Assembly: GCA_964587315.1 (NCBI GenBank)
Contig: CAZPLW010000001.1
Span: 55,374-119,373, forward strand
DNA length: 64,000 nt
Origin: an uncultured Lysobacter sp.
Lineage (GTDB): Bacteria > Pseudomonadota > Gammaproteobacteria > Burkholderiales > Usitatibacteraceae
Direction: 5' to 3'
The translations under genes and the position numbers were made by a program. Numbering within the stretch: position 1 is the first letter of the stretch; each line of letters begins with the position of its first letter. Below are positions 1 to 8,497 of the stretch, piece by piece. The notes below the pieces were generated by a model, which worked only from the letters and a program-made list of their open reading frames with translations, was not told the DNA's origin and searched no databases.

Positions 1-896
1 TGGCCCTGCTCGACGACATCGCGACGCTCCTCGACGACGTCGCGGTGATGACGAAGGTCGCCACGCAGAAGACCGCGGGCGTGCTGGGCGACGACCTCGC
101 CCTCAACGCCCAGCAGGTGACGGGCGTGAAGGCTGACCGCGAGCTGCCCGTGGTGTGGGCCGTGGCGCGCGGCTCGCTCGTGAACAAGGCGATCCTCGTG
201 CCGGCGGCGCTCGCCATCAGCGCCTTCGCGCCGTGGGCGATCACGCCGCTGCTCATGATCGGCGGGGCCTACCTGTGCTTCGAGGGGTTCGAGAAGCTCG
301 CACACAAGTTCCTGCACGCCAGGGCCGAGGACGCCGCGCACCACGAGGAGCTGGTGAGGGCCGTCGCGAACCCGCAGGTGGACATGGTGGCGTTCGAGCG
401 GGCGAAGGTGAAGGGCGCGGTGCGCACGGACTTCATCCTCTCGGCCGAGATCATCGTGATCGCGCTGGGCACGGTCGCGGGCGCCACGTTCACCCAGCAG
501 GTCACCGTCCTCGCGCTCATCGCCCTCGTGATGACGGTGGGCGTGTACGGATTCGTCGCGGCCATCGTGAAGCTGGACGACGCGGGGCTGTGGCTCCTCG
601 CGCGCGCGAACGGGGCCGCGAAGGCGCTGGGCCGCGGCATCCTCCTCTTCGCGCCGTGGCTCATGAAGGCACTCTCCGTCGTGGGCACCGCGGCCATGTT
701 CCTCGTGGGCGGCGGCATCCTCGCCCCCGGCATCCCGGGCGCCGAGGGCGCGGTCCACGCCGTCACCAACGGGGCCGGCAAGACGGGCGGGATGCTGCTC
801 GCGATGGGGGCGGACGGAATCCTCGGCGTGGCCGCGGGGGGCGCCGTGCTCGCGGTCGTGACTTTGGTGGGGAAGCTGCGCCGCGCGCGCGCCTGA
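1..896 (+). CDS. DUF808 (YedI-like) inner-membrane protein, 5' end outside the window
   Basis: The frame is open from base 1 ([77 protein letters not shown]). This block is typical of DUF808. Hydrophobic segments follow. Confidence 0.8.
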   Translation, partial: ALLDDIATLLDDVAVMTKVATQKTAGVLGDDLALNAQQVTGVKADRELPVVWAVARGSLVNKAILVPAALAISAFAPWAITPLLMIGGAYLCFEGFEKLAHKFLHARAEDAAHHEELVRAVANPQVDMVAFERAKVKGAVRTDFILSAEIIVIALGTVAGATFTQQVTVLALIALVMTVGVYGFVAAIVKLDDAGLWLLARANGAAKALGRGILLFAPWLMKALSVVGTAAMFLVGGGILAPGIPGAEGAVHAVTNGAGKTGGMLLAMGADGILGVAAGGAVLAVVTLVGKLRRARA

Positions 897-922
897 GCGT
901 CCCGCCGGTCACGAATCGTAAC

Positions 923-944
923 GCAACCAAACAGTTGCTTTTTT
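923..944 (+). terminator. Weak intrinsic terminator candidate after the DUF808 gene
   Basis: GCAAC-CAAACA-GTTGC hairpin (only 5 bp of stem) followed by TTTTTT, 27 nt after the stop codon. Confidence 0.3.
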
Positions 945-972
945 CGGCCGAGGGGTCTAGCCTTCCGATGCA

Positions 973-986
973 CAACCATTTGGTTG
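973..986. promoter_or_regulatory. Perfect 14-bp palindrome CAACCATTTGGTTG, candidate ArsR-type operator
   Basis: Sits 18 bp upstream of the SRPBCC-ArsR operon ATG. It shares the GCAAC/GTTGC half-site with the hairpin at 923-938. Confidence 0.3.
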
Positions 987-1003
987 CCTGAGGAGATGCC
1001 CGC

Positions 1004-1489
1004 ATGAACGCCCAGCTGAAGAGCACGACCGCATCCGACACCGACCGCATCGAGCGCACCCTCGTCGTCGAGGCGCCACGCGAGCGCGTCTGGCGCGCCC
1101 TCTCGACCGCCGAGCACTTCGGCGCGTGGTTCGGCGCGGACCTGAAGGGCCAATCCTTCGCGCCCGGTCGGCGCGTGCGAGTGCCCATGACGGGCTGCGG
1201 CCACGAGAACGTCTTCTTCGACGCCGTGATCGACCGCATGGAGCCCCCCTCGCACTTTTCCTGGCGCTGGCACCCCGCCGCCCTCGACCCGGCGGTGGAC
1301 TACGACCAGGAGACGCCGACCCTCGTCACCTTCACGCTCGAGGACGCGCCCGGCAACCGCACGCGCGTCACCGTCGTGGAATCGGGATTCGACCAGGTGC
1401 CGGCGCACCGCCGCGCGGCCGCCTTCCGGATGAACAGCGGGGGATGGGACCACCAGATGGGCAACCTCGCGCGCCATGTCGCCGCGTAG
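1004..1489 (+). CDS. SRPBCC / AHSA1-like (activator of Hsp90 ATPase homolog 1-like) domain protein
   Basis: IERTLVVEAPRERVWRALSTAEHFGAWFG ... VTVVESGF resembles the AHSA1/SRPBCC fold family that commonly pairs with ArsR regulators. Confidence 0.75.
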   Translation: MNAQLKSTTASDTDRIERTLVVEAPRERVWRALSTAEHFGAWFGADLKGQSFAPGRRVRVPMTGCGHENVFFDAVIDRMEPPSHFSWRWHPAALDPAVDYDQETPTLVTFTLEDAPGNRTRVTVVESGFDQVPAHRRAAAFRMNSGGWDHQMGNLARHVAA

Positions 1490-1862
1490 CCGCCACGGCG
1501 TACCCGCGAAGCGCCGGTCCGCCAGGTCGTCCGCGATCGCCGCCTCCCAGGAGGCGGTCGCGGGCATTTTCGCGGCGCTGGGCGATCCCACGCGCCTCAA
1601 GCTCGTGGCCGTGCTGTGCGCGGGCGGCGCGTTCTCCATCGCGCAGCTCACTGCGGGCACCGACATCAGCCGCCAGGGCGTGACCAAGCACCTGCAGGTG
1701 CTGGCCGACGCCGGCGTGGTGAGCGACGCGCGCCAGGGACGCGAGCGCCTGTGGCAGCTCGAGCCGGCGCAGATCGACGAGGCGAAGCGGGCCCTCGATG
1801 CCATCGGCAAGCAGTGGGAAGCCGCCCTCGGCAGGCTCAAGGCCTTCGTCGAGCGGGACTGA
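1476..1862 (+). CDS. ArsR/SmtB family transcriptional regulator
   Basis: IFAALGDPTRLKLVAVLCAGGAFSIAQLTAGTDISRQGVTKHLQVLADAGVV is a winged-HTH ArsR signature. It overlaps the upstream SRPBCC gene by 14 nt. Confidence 0.85.
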   Translation: MSPRSRHGVPAKRRSARSSAIAASQEAVAGIFAALGDPTRLKLVAVLCAGGAFSIAQLTAGTDISRQGVTKHLQVLADAGVVSDARQGRERLWQLEPAQIDEAKRALDAIGKQWEAALGRLKAFVERD

Positions 1863-1916
1863 TCGCGACGCACGATTTATGCGGCAGCCCGGGGCGTGCA
1901 TCGTGGTCCTGCGGGT

Positions 1917-2139
1917 GCGGGACTGTCGGATGCATCCCTTTGCAAATTGACCGCGGGTATGGGACGCGTTCTTTCCGGATTCCGCCGACTCACGGTGGTG
2001 CGACAGGCACGCCCTTGCCTATGTCGACGCCGGCGAAGGGTATCGAGGACCGTGACAAGTTCACTCGGCGGGAACCCGGAAAAACGCACCCCACACCCTC
2101 GGTCCATTGCCGAGAAGGGGATGCATCCGGCAGTCCCGC
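1917..2139. repeat. 223-bp long imperfect palindrome (MITE-like or long-hairpin element)
   Basis: The terminal arms GCGGGACTGTCGGATGCATCCC and GGGGATGCATCCGGCAGTCCCGC are reverse complements with 1 mismatch. Interior arms also pair (CCGCGGGTATGGGACGCGTTCTTTCCGGATTCCGCCGA vs TCGGCGGGAACCCGGAAAAACGCACCCCACACCCTCGG). It lies between convergent genes and is visibly less GC-rich. Confidence 0.6.
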
Positions 2140-2173
2140 TCCCGCAGGACATCGATGCGCGCCTCCTTCGAGG

Positions 2174-3160
2174 CTAGGCCTTGGCCGACGACGCGCGGCC
2201 CGTGCCCGAGCGGTACCACGGCGGTTCGGGCGGGATGTCCTCGCCCGGCGCCTTGCCCTCGGCCGCCAGCGCGCGGAAGTGCTCGGACACGAAGTCCACG
2301 AACGGGCGCACGCGCGGGTTGCGCCGGAAGCTGGGGCGGTAGAAGAGGTTGATGGGCGGCGGGTGGGCCATCTCCCAGTCGACGAGCGCGGAGACGAGCC
2401 GGCCGTCGCGCGTGGGCTCGCGCAGCGTGAAGGTCATGAGGCGCGCGACGCCCATGCCCGCGAGCGCCGCGTCCACGATCACGTTGCGGTCGTCGCTCAC
2501 GAGGTTGCCCTTCACCGCCACGGCTTCCTGGCGCGATCCCTTCGAGAATTCCCAGAGGTCGAGCACCGTGCCCTCGGGATTTCGCATGCACACGCAATTG
2601 TGGCGCTGCAGGTCGCGCGGATGATTCGGGAAGCCGTGCCGCGCCCAGTACTCGGGCGAGGCGCTCGCGAAGGTGCGCGTGCGCGCGAGGACGCGGTGCA
2701 CCAGTCCCGTGGCGAGGGGCCAGCCGAGCACGATGGCCACGTCCGCGCCGCGCGGCTCGGCGTCCGCGAGGCGCGTCATCACGCGGAAATCCACCTGGAT
2801 GTCGGGATAGCTCGCGAGGAAGGCCGGCATCGCGGGCACGAGCCAGTGCTGGATGAGGAAGCCCGGCGCGCCCACGACGAGCGTGCCGCGCGGGCGGGCG
2901 CCGGCGCGCGAGATGACCGAATCGGCCGCCTCGAGCTGCTCGAGGAGCGGGCGGCAGGCGTCGAGGTAGGCCCGTCCGTCGGCCGTGACCACGAGCCCGC
3001 GCGGGCTGCGCTCGACGAGCGTCGCGCCCATGGCGCGCTCGAGGGCATTGATCATCTTGCCCACCGCGGGCACGCTCACCTCCAGCCGTCGCGCGGCGCC
3101 CGAGAAACTGCCCTCCTCGGCGGCCGCGATGAAATACTGGAGCGCTCTCAGCTTGTCCAT
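2174..3160 (-). CDS. LysR family transcriptional regulator
   Basis: MDKLRALQYFIAAAEEGSFSGAARRLEVSVPAVGKMINALERAMGATLVERSPRGL is a canonical LysR HTH. The C-terminal part looks like a substrate-binding domain. Confidence 0.9.
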   Translation of the reverse strand: MDKLRALQYFIAAAEEGSFSGAARRLEVSVPAVGKMINALERAMGATLVERSPRGLVVTADGRAYLDACRPLLEQLEAADSVISRAGARPRGTLVVGAPGFLIQHWLVPAMPAFLASYPDIQVDFRVMTRLADAEPRGADVAIVLGWPLATGLVHRVLARTRTFASASPEYWARHGFPNHPRDLQRHNCVCMRNPEGTVLDLWEFSKGSRQEAVAVKGNLVSDDRNVIVDAALAGMGVARLMTFTLREPTRDGRLVSALVDWEMAHPPPINLFYRPSFRRNPRVRPFVDFVSEHFRALAAEGKAPGEDIPPEPPWYRSGTGRASSAKA

Positions 3161-3189
3161 GGGTCCCCTCCGGGCGCCCCATTCTGCTG

Positions 3190-3202
3190 TAACCGTTGGT
3201 TA
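3190..3202. promoter_or_regulatory. LysR-type T-N11-A box TAACCGTTGGTTA
   Basis: Dyad TAACC-GTT-GGTTA in the divergent lysR / tctC intergenic region, 30 bp from the lysR start. Confidence 0.4.
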
Positions 3203-3283
3203 AAGCCAAATGGTCGCCCCGGCATATTCCCGGACCGGCCGGCGATCCCTAGATTGGCGCCATCGACACGCCGGGAGGTCCCC

Positions 3284-4243
3284 ATGAAGAACCGCACGAT
3301 GCTTCGCACGCTCGCCGCCTCGCTCGCCTTCGCCTTCGGAAGCGCCGGCGCCGCCTGGCCCGACAAGCCCCTGAAGATCCTGCTGCCGTTCCCCGCCGGC
3401 GGCGCCTCGGACGCCACGGCCCGCGCCCTCGGCCAGGCGCTCTCGAAGCGGCTCGGGCAGGCCGTGGTGATCGACAACCGGCCGGGAGCCAGCGGCGGGC
3501 TCGCGGCGCAGGCGGCCATGGCTTCGCCGCCCGACGGCTACACGATCCTCTGGGCATCGGCCGGGATGGTGGGCCTGCCGTACCTCCTCAAGAAGCCGCC
3601 GTACGCCGCGATGACGCAGATGGCGCCCGTCGCCGCCGTAGGCCGCCTGCCCTTCTGCGCCTTCGTGCACCCGTCGGTGCCCGCGAAGACGCTCGCCGAG
3701 TTCAAGGCCGAGGCGAGGAAGAACCCCGGCAAGCTCGACTTCGCCTCCGGGTCGGTCGGCGAATACCTGGCCGGCACGCAGCTCGATGCCGCCACCGGCG
3801 CGCGCATGCAGTTCGTGCCCTACAAGGGCGGCGCGCAGCTCATGCCCGACCTCGTCGCCGGCCGCGTGCAGGTGAACATCGGACCGTGCTCCACGGGCAT
3901 GGCGTTCGTGAACGCCGGAAAGTTGCGCGTCCTCGCGACGCTGCTGCCCGCGCGAAGCAGCCTGCTGCCCGACGTGCCCACGACGGTCGAGGCCGGCATG
4001 CCCGAACTCACCGCGCCCACCTGGCAGTCGCTCGTCGCGCCCCCGCGCACGCCGAAGGACATCGTCGAGAAGCTCGCGCGCGAAGTGGCCGAGGCGCTCA
4101 AGGACCCGCAGACGCTCGAGCAGTTCGCGAAGATCGGCGTGATGGCCGAGTTCGCCGGGCCGGCCGCGCTGGAAGCGCGGATCCGCGAGGAGACGCCCCT
4201 GTGGGACCGGTTCGTGAAGCAGAACGGGATCGAGCCGGAATGA
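3284..4243 (+). CDS. Bug family (TctC-like) tripartite tricarboxylate transporter substrate-binding protein
   Basis: Signal peptide, then WPDKPLKILLPFPAGGASDATARALGQALSKRLGQAVVIDNRPGASGGLAAQ and FVPYKGGAQLMPDLVAGRVQ. These are hallmark Bug motifs. Confidence 0.9.
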   Translation: MKNRTMLRTLAASLAFAFGSAGAAWPDKPLKILLPFPAGGASDATARALGQALSKRLGQAVVIDNRPGASGGLAAQAAMASPPDGYTILWASAGMVGLPYLLKKPPYAAMTQMAPVAAVGRLPFCAFVHPSVPAKTLAEFKAEARKNPGKLDFASGSVGEYLAGTQLDAATGARMQFVPYKGGAQLMPDLVAGRVQVNIGPCSTGMAFVNAGKLRVLATLLPARSSLLPDVPTTVEAGMPELTAPTWQSLVAPPRTPKDIVEKLAREVAEALKDPQTLEQFAKIGVMAEFAGPAALEARIREETPLWDRFVKQNGIEPE

Positions 4244-5259
4244 GCGCCCTGGCGAAAGCCGATCCGCAGCGCCTTCTCGCCCTCGTGGGTGGCAACTGGA
4301 CCACGCAGGCCATCGGCGCGGCCGTGCAGCTGGGCATCGTGGACCAGCTCGCGAAGAGGCCGCGGCGCGCCGCGGAACTCGCGAAGCTCACCGGAAGCGA
4401 CCCCGACGCCCTCGCGCGCCTGCTGCGCTCGCTCGTGTCGATCGACATCTGCGCCGAGGAGGAAGGTCGCCACCGCCTCACGGCCACGGGTGGGCTCCTT
4501 CGCGAGGATGCGGCGGGCAGCATCCGCTGGTGGGCGCTGTGGTGCTGCGGCACCCAGTGGACGCTCTGGGCCGATCTCGCCGAGAGCGTGCGCACGGGTC
4601 GCAGCTTCCGCGCGCGGCACGGCGGCAAGCCGGGCTATGCGCACCTGGAGCGGGATGCCGAGTCGGCGCTCCTTTTCAACCGGGCGATGGCGGGTCTCAC
4701 GCAGCGCGTGGGCCGGGAGGTGGCGCGCGTGGCGAATTGGCGCGGAGTGAAGCGCGTCGTGGACGTGGGCGGCGGACACGGCGAGCTGCTCGTGGCCCTG
4801 CTCGCGGCAAGGCCTTCGCTCGAGGGGGTCATCCTCGACCTGCCCCACGCCGCGAAAGGCGCCACCGCGCGCCTGAAGGCCGAGGGCCTCGCGAAGCGCG
4901 GCCGCTTCATCGCGGGCAGCTTCTTCGAGTCGCTGCCCGAGGGAGCCGACGCCTATCTCCTCAAGAGCATCCTGCACAACTGGGACGACGCGAAATCGCT
5001 CGCGATCCTGAAGCAGGTGCGCGCCGCGATGGCGCCGACGGGGCGCGTGGTGCTCGTCGAGCGCGTGCTGCCCGAACGGCCTCGCGGCGGGAAGCGGGAC
5101 AACGCCATCGTTCGAAGCGATCTCAACATGCTCGTGAGCCTGGGCGGGCGCGAGCGCACGCGGCGGGAGTTCTCAGCGCTGCTCGCGAAGGCCGGCTTCG
5201 GCGCGCCGACCGTGAAGGCGACCACAACCGACTACAGCGTCATCGAAGCGAGTCGTTGA
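4240..5259 (+). CDS. Class I SAM-dependent O-methyltransferase (Methyltransf_2 / dimerisation-domain type)
   Basis: VVDVGGGHGELLVALL SAM motif, ADAYLLKSILHNWDD, and an N-terminal winged-helix dimerisation domain. The ATGA overlap with tctC-like indicates translational coupling. Confidence 0.85.
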   Translation: MSALAKADPQRLLALVGGNWTTQAIGAAVQLGIVDQLAKRPRRAAELAKLTGSDPDALARLLRSLVSIDICAEEEGRHRLTATGGLLREDAAGSIRWWALWCCGTQWTLWADLAESVRTGRSFRARHGGKPGYAHLERDAESALLFNRAMAGLTQRVGREVARVANWRGVKRVVDVGGGHGELLVALLAARPSLEGVILDLPHAAKGATARLKAEGLAKRGRFIAGSFFESLPEGADAYLLKSILHNWDDAKSLAILKQVRAAMAPTGRVVLVERVLPERPRGGKRDNAIVRSDLNMLVSLGGRERTRREFSALLAKAGFGAPTVKATTTDYSVIEASR

Positions 5260-5262
5260 AGG

Positions 5263-5378
5263 TTGAAGGGGACGCACGCCTTCAACCGAGGTGAAGGGGA
5301 CGGAGGGATTTCCGCAACACCTTGTTGTGAAAATCCCTCCGTCCCCTTCAGAAGCGATGAAGGCGTGCGTCCCCTTCA
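5263..5378. repeat. Nested-palindrome intergenic element, copy 1 (A-B-A')
   Basis: TTGAAGGGGACGCACGCCTTCAA .. TGAAGGGGACGGAGGGATTTCCGCAACACCTTGTTGTGAAAATCCCTCCGTCCCCTTCA .. TGAAGGCGTGCGTCCCCTTCA. It fills the gap between convergent stops at 5259 and 5384. Confidence 0.9.
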
Positions 5379-5383
5379 GGAGG

Positions 5384-6217
5384 TCAGGGGGTGAAGCGGA
5401 AGATGGTGACCCTGTGCTTGCCGCCCGCCTCGCGCTCGGCTTTCGTCGCGCGGATGATGCCGGCGATCGTCCCGCTATCGCCCGAGCGGTCCCACGCGAC
5501 GCCCTGGCCGCGGATGTTCATCGGGATCGCGTCGGCCAGCTCCAGCACCGAGCCCGCCTTGGGGAAGCGGATGCGATAGAGCTCGGCGGGGTCGTGGCCC
5601 GTGAGGTAGAGGTTGCCGTCCGGGCCCCACGAGCCGCCGGAGTTGCTCATGTCCTCGAACTTGTCGAGCAGCACCTTGGGCAGCGTCCACATCTGCGTCG
5701 TCTGGAAATCCTTCGTCATCTTCACCACGACCGTGTTCACCTTGTGGCCGTAGGGCGTCTTGTTGGGGCCGATGAGGCGATCGTAATTGGCGAAGCCCAT
5801 CCACCAGTGGCCGTCCTTCCAGTCCACCCAGGTGAGCGAGCCGTAGCGGATGCCGAAGCTGTGCGAGCCCACGTGCTCCATCGTCGCGGCGTCGAAAATC
5901 TCGAGCGAGCTCGTCATGGGCCAGTTCGGCCAGTTGGAGTGCGCGCAGTAGATCTTCCCGTCCATCACCATCGCGCTGTCCAGGTGGATGATGGGGCCGT
6001 CCTTCGGGCCTTCCCACTTCTTCACGAGCTTGCCCGTCTTGCGTTCGTACTTGGCGATGGCGCGGTCGTCGACGGCGTAGAAGTGGTCCTTGTCGATGCC
6101 CACGCCCTGGTTGGCCTCGGGGATGGGGAATTCGGCCACCTGCTCGAGTTTCGGCGCGGCCAGGGCATTCGTGACGCACAGCAGGGCGCCGAGAATGGCG
6201 CCGGCGATTCTTCTCAT
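5384..6217 (-). CDS. Secreted hypothetical protein (beta-propeller-like), unknown function
   Basis: The start MRRIAGAILGALLCVTNALAAP is a signal peptide. The frame shows coherent coding composition. The longer ORF upstream of 6217 is Arg/Gly/Ala-rich shadow sequence. Confidence 0.7.
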   Translation of the reverse strand: MRRIAGAILGALLCVTNALAAPKLEQVAEFPIPEANQGVGIDKDHFYAVDDRAIAKYERKTGKLVKKWEGPKDGPIIHLDSAMVMDGKIYCAHSNWPNWPMTSSLEIFDAATMEHVGSHSFGIRYGSLTWVDWKDGHWWMGFANYDRLIGPNKTPYGHKVNTVVVKMTKDFQTTQMWTLPKVLLDKFEDMSNSGGSWGPDGNLYLTGHDPAELYRIRFPKAGSVLELADAIPMNIRGQGVAWDRSGDSGTIAGIIRATKAEREAGGKHRVTIFRFTP

Positions 6218-6427
6218 CGTGTCGTACTCCTCCAGGGGGTTCGGGCGAGACGCTACACCATCCGCGTGAATCCTGCGCGAAGCGGTTCGCGTCGAGCGCG
6301 GGCATCGCGGCCGGACGGGAAACTCAGCGATCCCTGACAGCGCGATCGCCCGCGTGAAAAGTACCGCGACGGGGCCCCGGGGCGGGAGTAAGCTGCCCTC
6401 CCTGCTCGACGACACCGGGAGGCTTCC

Positions 6428-8026
6428 ATGAAACGGCAATCCACGATCGTCCTCGTCACCGCCGCCGCCCTGCTCCTCGCGGGATCCGCGCGGGCCCACG
6501 AAGGGGAGGCGCCTTCCGGGCGCCTGGGCAAGGTCTCCTTCGCCAACTCCTGCAGCGAGAAGACCAAGCCCAAGCTCGAGCGCGGCGTCGCCATGCTGCA
6601 CTCCTTCTGGTACACCGCCGCCGAGAAGACCTTCGACGAGATCCTCGCCTCGGACCCGCAGTGCGCCGTCGCGGCGTGGGGCCTCGCGTCCATCCTCATG
6701 AACAACCCGCTCGCCGGCGCCGGCGCGTCGCCCGCCGCCGCGAAGAAGGCGAGCGCCGCCCTCGAGAAGGCCCGCGAGGTGCGCGCGGGCACGCTGCGCG
6801 AGCGCGACTACATCGACGCCGTCTCGGCCTACTACGAGGACTACGCCAACCGCGGCGAGAAGGCGCGGCAGGTCGCGCGCTCGGCCGCCTACGCGAAGCT
6901 CGCGGCGCGCTACCCCGAGGACGACGAGGCGCAGATCTTCCATGCGCTCTACCTCGCCGCGACGCAGTCGCAGGCGGACCAGACGTACGCGGCCTACCTG
7001 GGCGCCGCCGCGATCCTGGAGGGGCAGTTCAAGAAGCACCCCGACCACCCGGGCGTCGCGCACTACCTCATCCACAGCTACGACGCGCCGCCCATCGCCG
7101 CCAAGGGCGTGCCCGCGGCCAAGCGCTACGCCGGCATCGCGCCCGACGCGCCGCACGCGCTGCACATGCCCTCGCACATCTTCACGCGCGTGGGCTCGTG
7201 GGAGGAATCCGTCGACACCAACCGCCGCTCGATGGAGGCCGCGCGCCGCGGCGGCGAGCCCGACGAGGCGTACCACGCCGTCGACTACATGGTCTACGCG
7301 TACCTGCAGCTCGGGCGCGATGCGGATGCCGGCCGGATGTGGAACGAGGTCCTCACGGTCTCGGGTTCCAGCCCGGCGCGGTTCACCACCCCGTATGCCG
7401 CGGCCGCGATGCCGGCGCGCCTCGCCCTCGAGCGCGGCGACTGGAAGGCCGCGAGCCAGCTCGCCGTGACCCCGACGACGTACGCGTTCTGCGAGGCGAT
7501 CACGCACTACGCGAAGGCGATCGGCGGCGCGCGGAGCGGCGACCTCGCCACGGCCCGCGCGGCCTTCGACACCCTCGGCGCGCTGCACAAGAAGCTCGAC
7601 GCGGCGCGCAACAACTACTGGGCCACGGAGGTCGAGATCCAGCGCCTGGCGGCCGCCGGCTGGATCGCGTTCGCGGAGAGCAAGCCCGAGGAGGCCGTGA
7701 AGCTCATGCGCGCCGCCGCCGACCTCGAGGACCGCAACGAGAAGCACATCGTCACGCCGGGGCGCGTCATCCCGGCGCGGGAACTGCTGGGCGACATGCT
7801 GATGGAGTTGAAGCAGCCGAAGCTCGCGCTCGCGGAATACCAGGCTTCGCAGCAACGCGAGCCCAACCGCTTCCGCGGCCTCTACGGCGCGGCGGTGGCG
7901 GCCGAGGCGTCCGGCGACAAGGCGCTCGCGGCGAAGTACTTCGCGCAGGTCGCCGAGCAGACGAAGCGAAGCGACGGCAAGCGGCCCGAGATCGCGCGCG
8001 CGCGGATGGTGGTCGCCTCCCGATGA
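6428..8026 (+). CDS. Secreted TPR-like hypothetical protein
   Basis: Signal peptide MKRQSTIVLVTAAALLLAGSARA, followed by helical repeat-like sequence throughout. Confidence 0.7.
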   Translation: MKRQSTIVLVTAAALLLAGSARAHEGEAPSGRLGKVSFANSCSEKTKPKLERGVAMLHSFWYTAAEKTFDEILASDPQCAVAAWGLASILMNNPLAGAGASPAAAKKASAALEKAREVRAGTLRERDYIDAVSAYYEDYANRGEKARQVARSAAYAKLAARYPEDDEAQIFHALYLAATQSQADQTYAAYLGAAAILEGQFKKHPDHPGVAHYLIHSYDAPPIAAKGVPAAKRYAGIAPDAPHALHMPSHIFTRVGSWEESVDTNRRSMEAARRGGEPDEAYHAVDYMVYAYLQLGRDADAGRMWNEVLTVSGSSPARFTTPYAAAAMPARLALERGDWKAASQLAVTPTTYAFCEAITHYAKAIGGARSGDLATARAAFDTLGALHKKLDAARNNYWATEVEIQRLAAAGWIAFAESKPEEAVKLMRAAADLEDRNEKHIVTPGRVIPARELLGDMLMELKQPKLALAEYQASQQREPNRFRGLYGAAVAAEASGDKALAAKYFAQVAEQTKRSDGKRPEIARARMVVASR

Positions 8027-8481
8027 GGATCGGCGGGCTCGCGCTCGCGCTGGCGCTCGCGGGCATCCCCGCGGGCGCCCTCGCCGAGCCGTACGAGTCC
8101 AACCCGACGGCGGCCGAGCGCGACGAGGACTACGCGGCCGGCAAGAAGGCGCTCGAGAAGAAGGACTGGGCCGAAGCGGTGAAGCGCTTCACGGTCGCCG
8201 CGAAGCGCGACCCCGACAGCGCGGACCTGCAGAACTACCTTGGGTATTCGAACCGCAAGCTCCGGCAGTTCGACGCCGCGTTCCGCCACTACAAGCGGGC
8301 GCTCGAGCTCGACCCGCGCCACCGCGGCGCGCACGAGTACATCGGCGAGGCCTACCTCGAGACGAACGACCTCGCGGGCGCCGAGCGCCACCTCGCGGCG
8401 CTTCGCGGCATCTGCCTGCTGCCGTGCGAGGAGCTCACGGACCTCGAGAAGGCGGTGGCGCAGTTCAAGGCGGGGAAATAG
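8023..8481 (+). CDS. Secreted tetratricopeptide-repeat protein
   Basis: ATGA overlap with the upstream gene and a signal peptide. TPR-like WAEAVKRFTVAAKRDPDSADLQNYLGYSNRKLRQFDAAFRHYKRALELDP. Confidence 0.75.
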   Translation: MRIGGLALALALAGIPAGALAEPYESNPTAAERDEDYAAGKKALEKKDWAEAVKRFTVAAKRDPDSADLQNYLGYSNRKLRQFDAAFRHYKRALELDPRHRGAHEYIGEAYLETNDLAGAERHLAALRGICLLPCEELTDLEKAVAQFKAGK

Positions 8482-8497
8482 CCCGCCCGGTCCCGCT

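Noticed and set aside
1877-2177. Mirrored ORFs 1877..2152 (-) and 1896..2177 (+)
   Set aside because: Both lie entirely within the 223-bp palindrome region between convergent genes. The symmetry of the DNA generates ORFs on both strands. Neither has an RBS or coding-like composition.
6218-7855. N-terminal extension of ORF 5384..7855 (823 aa)
   Set aside because: The part upstream of 6217 is antisense to the well-formed TPR-like gene at 6428-8026 and is Arg/Gly/Asp-rich. A proper signal peptide starts at the ATG at 6217.
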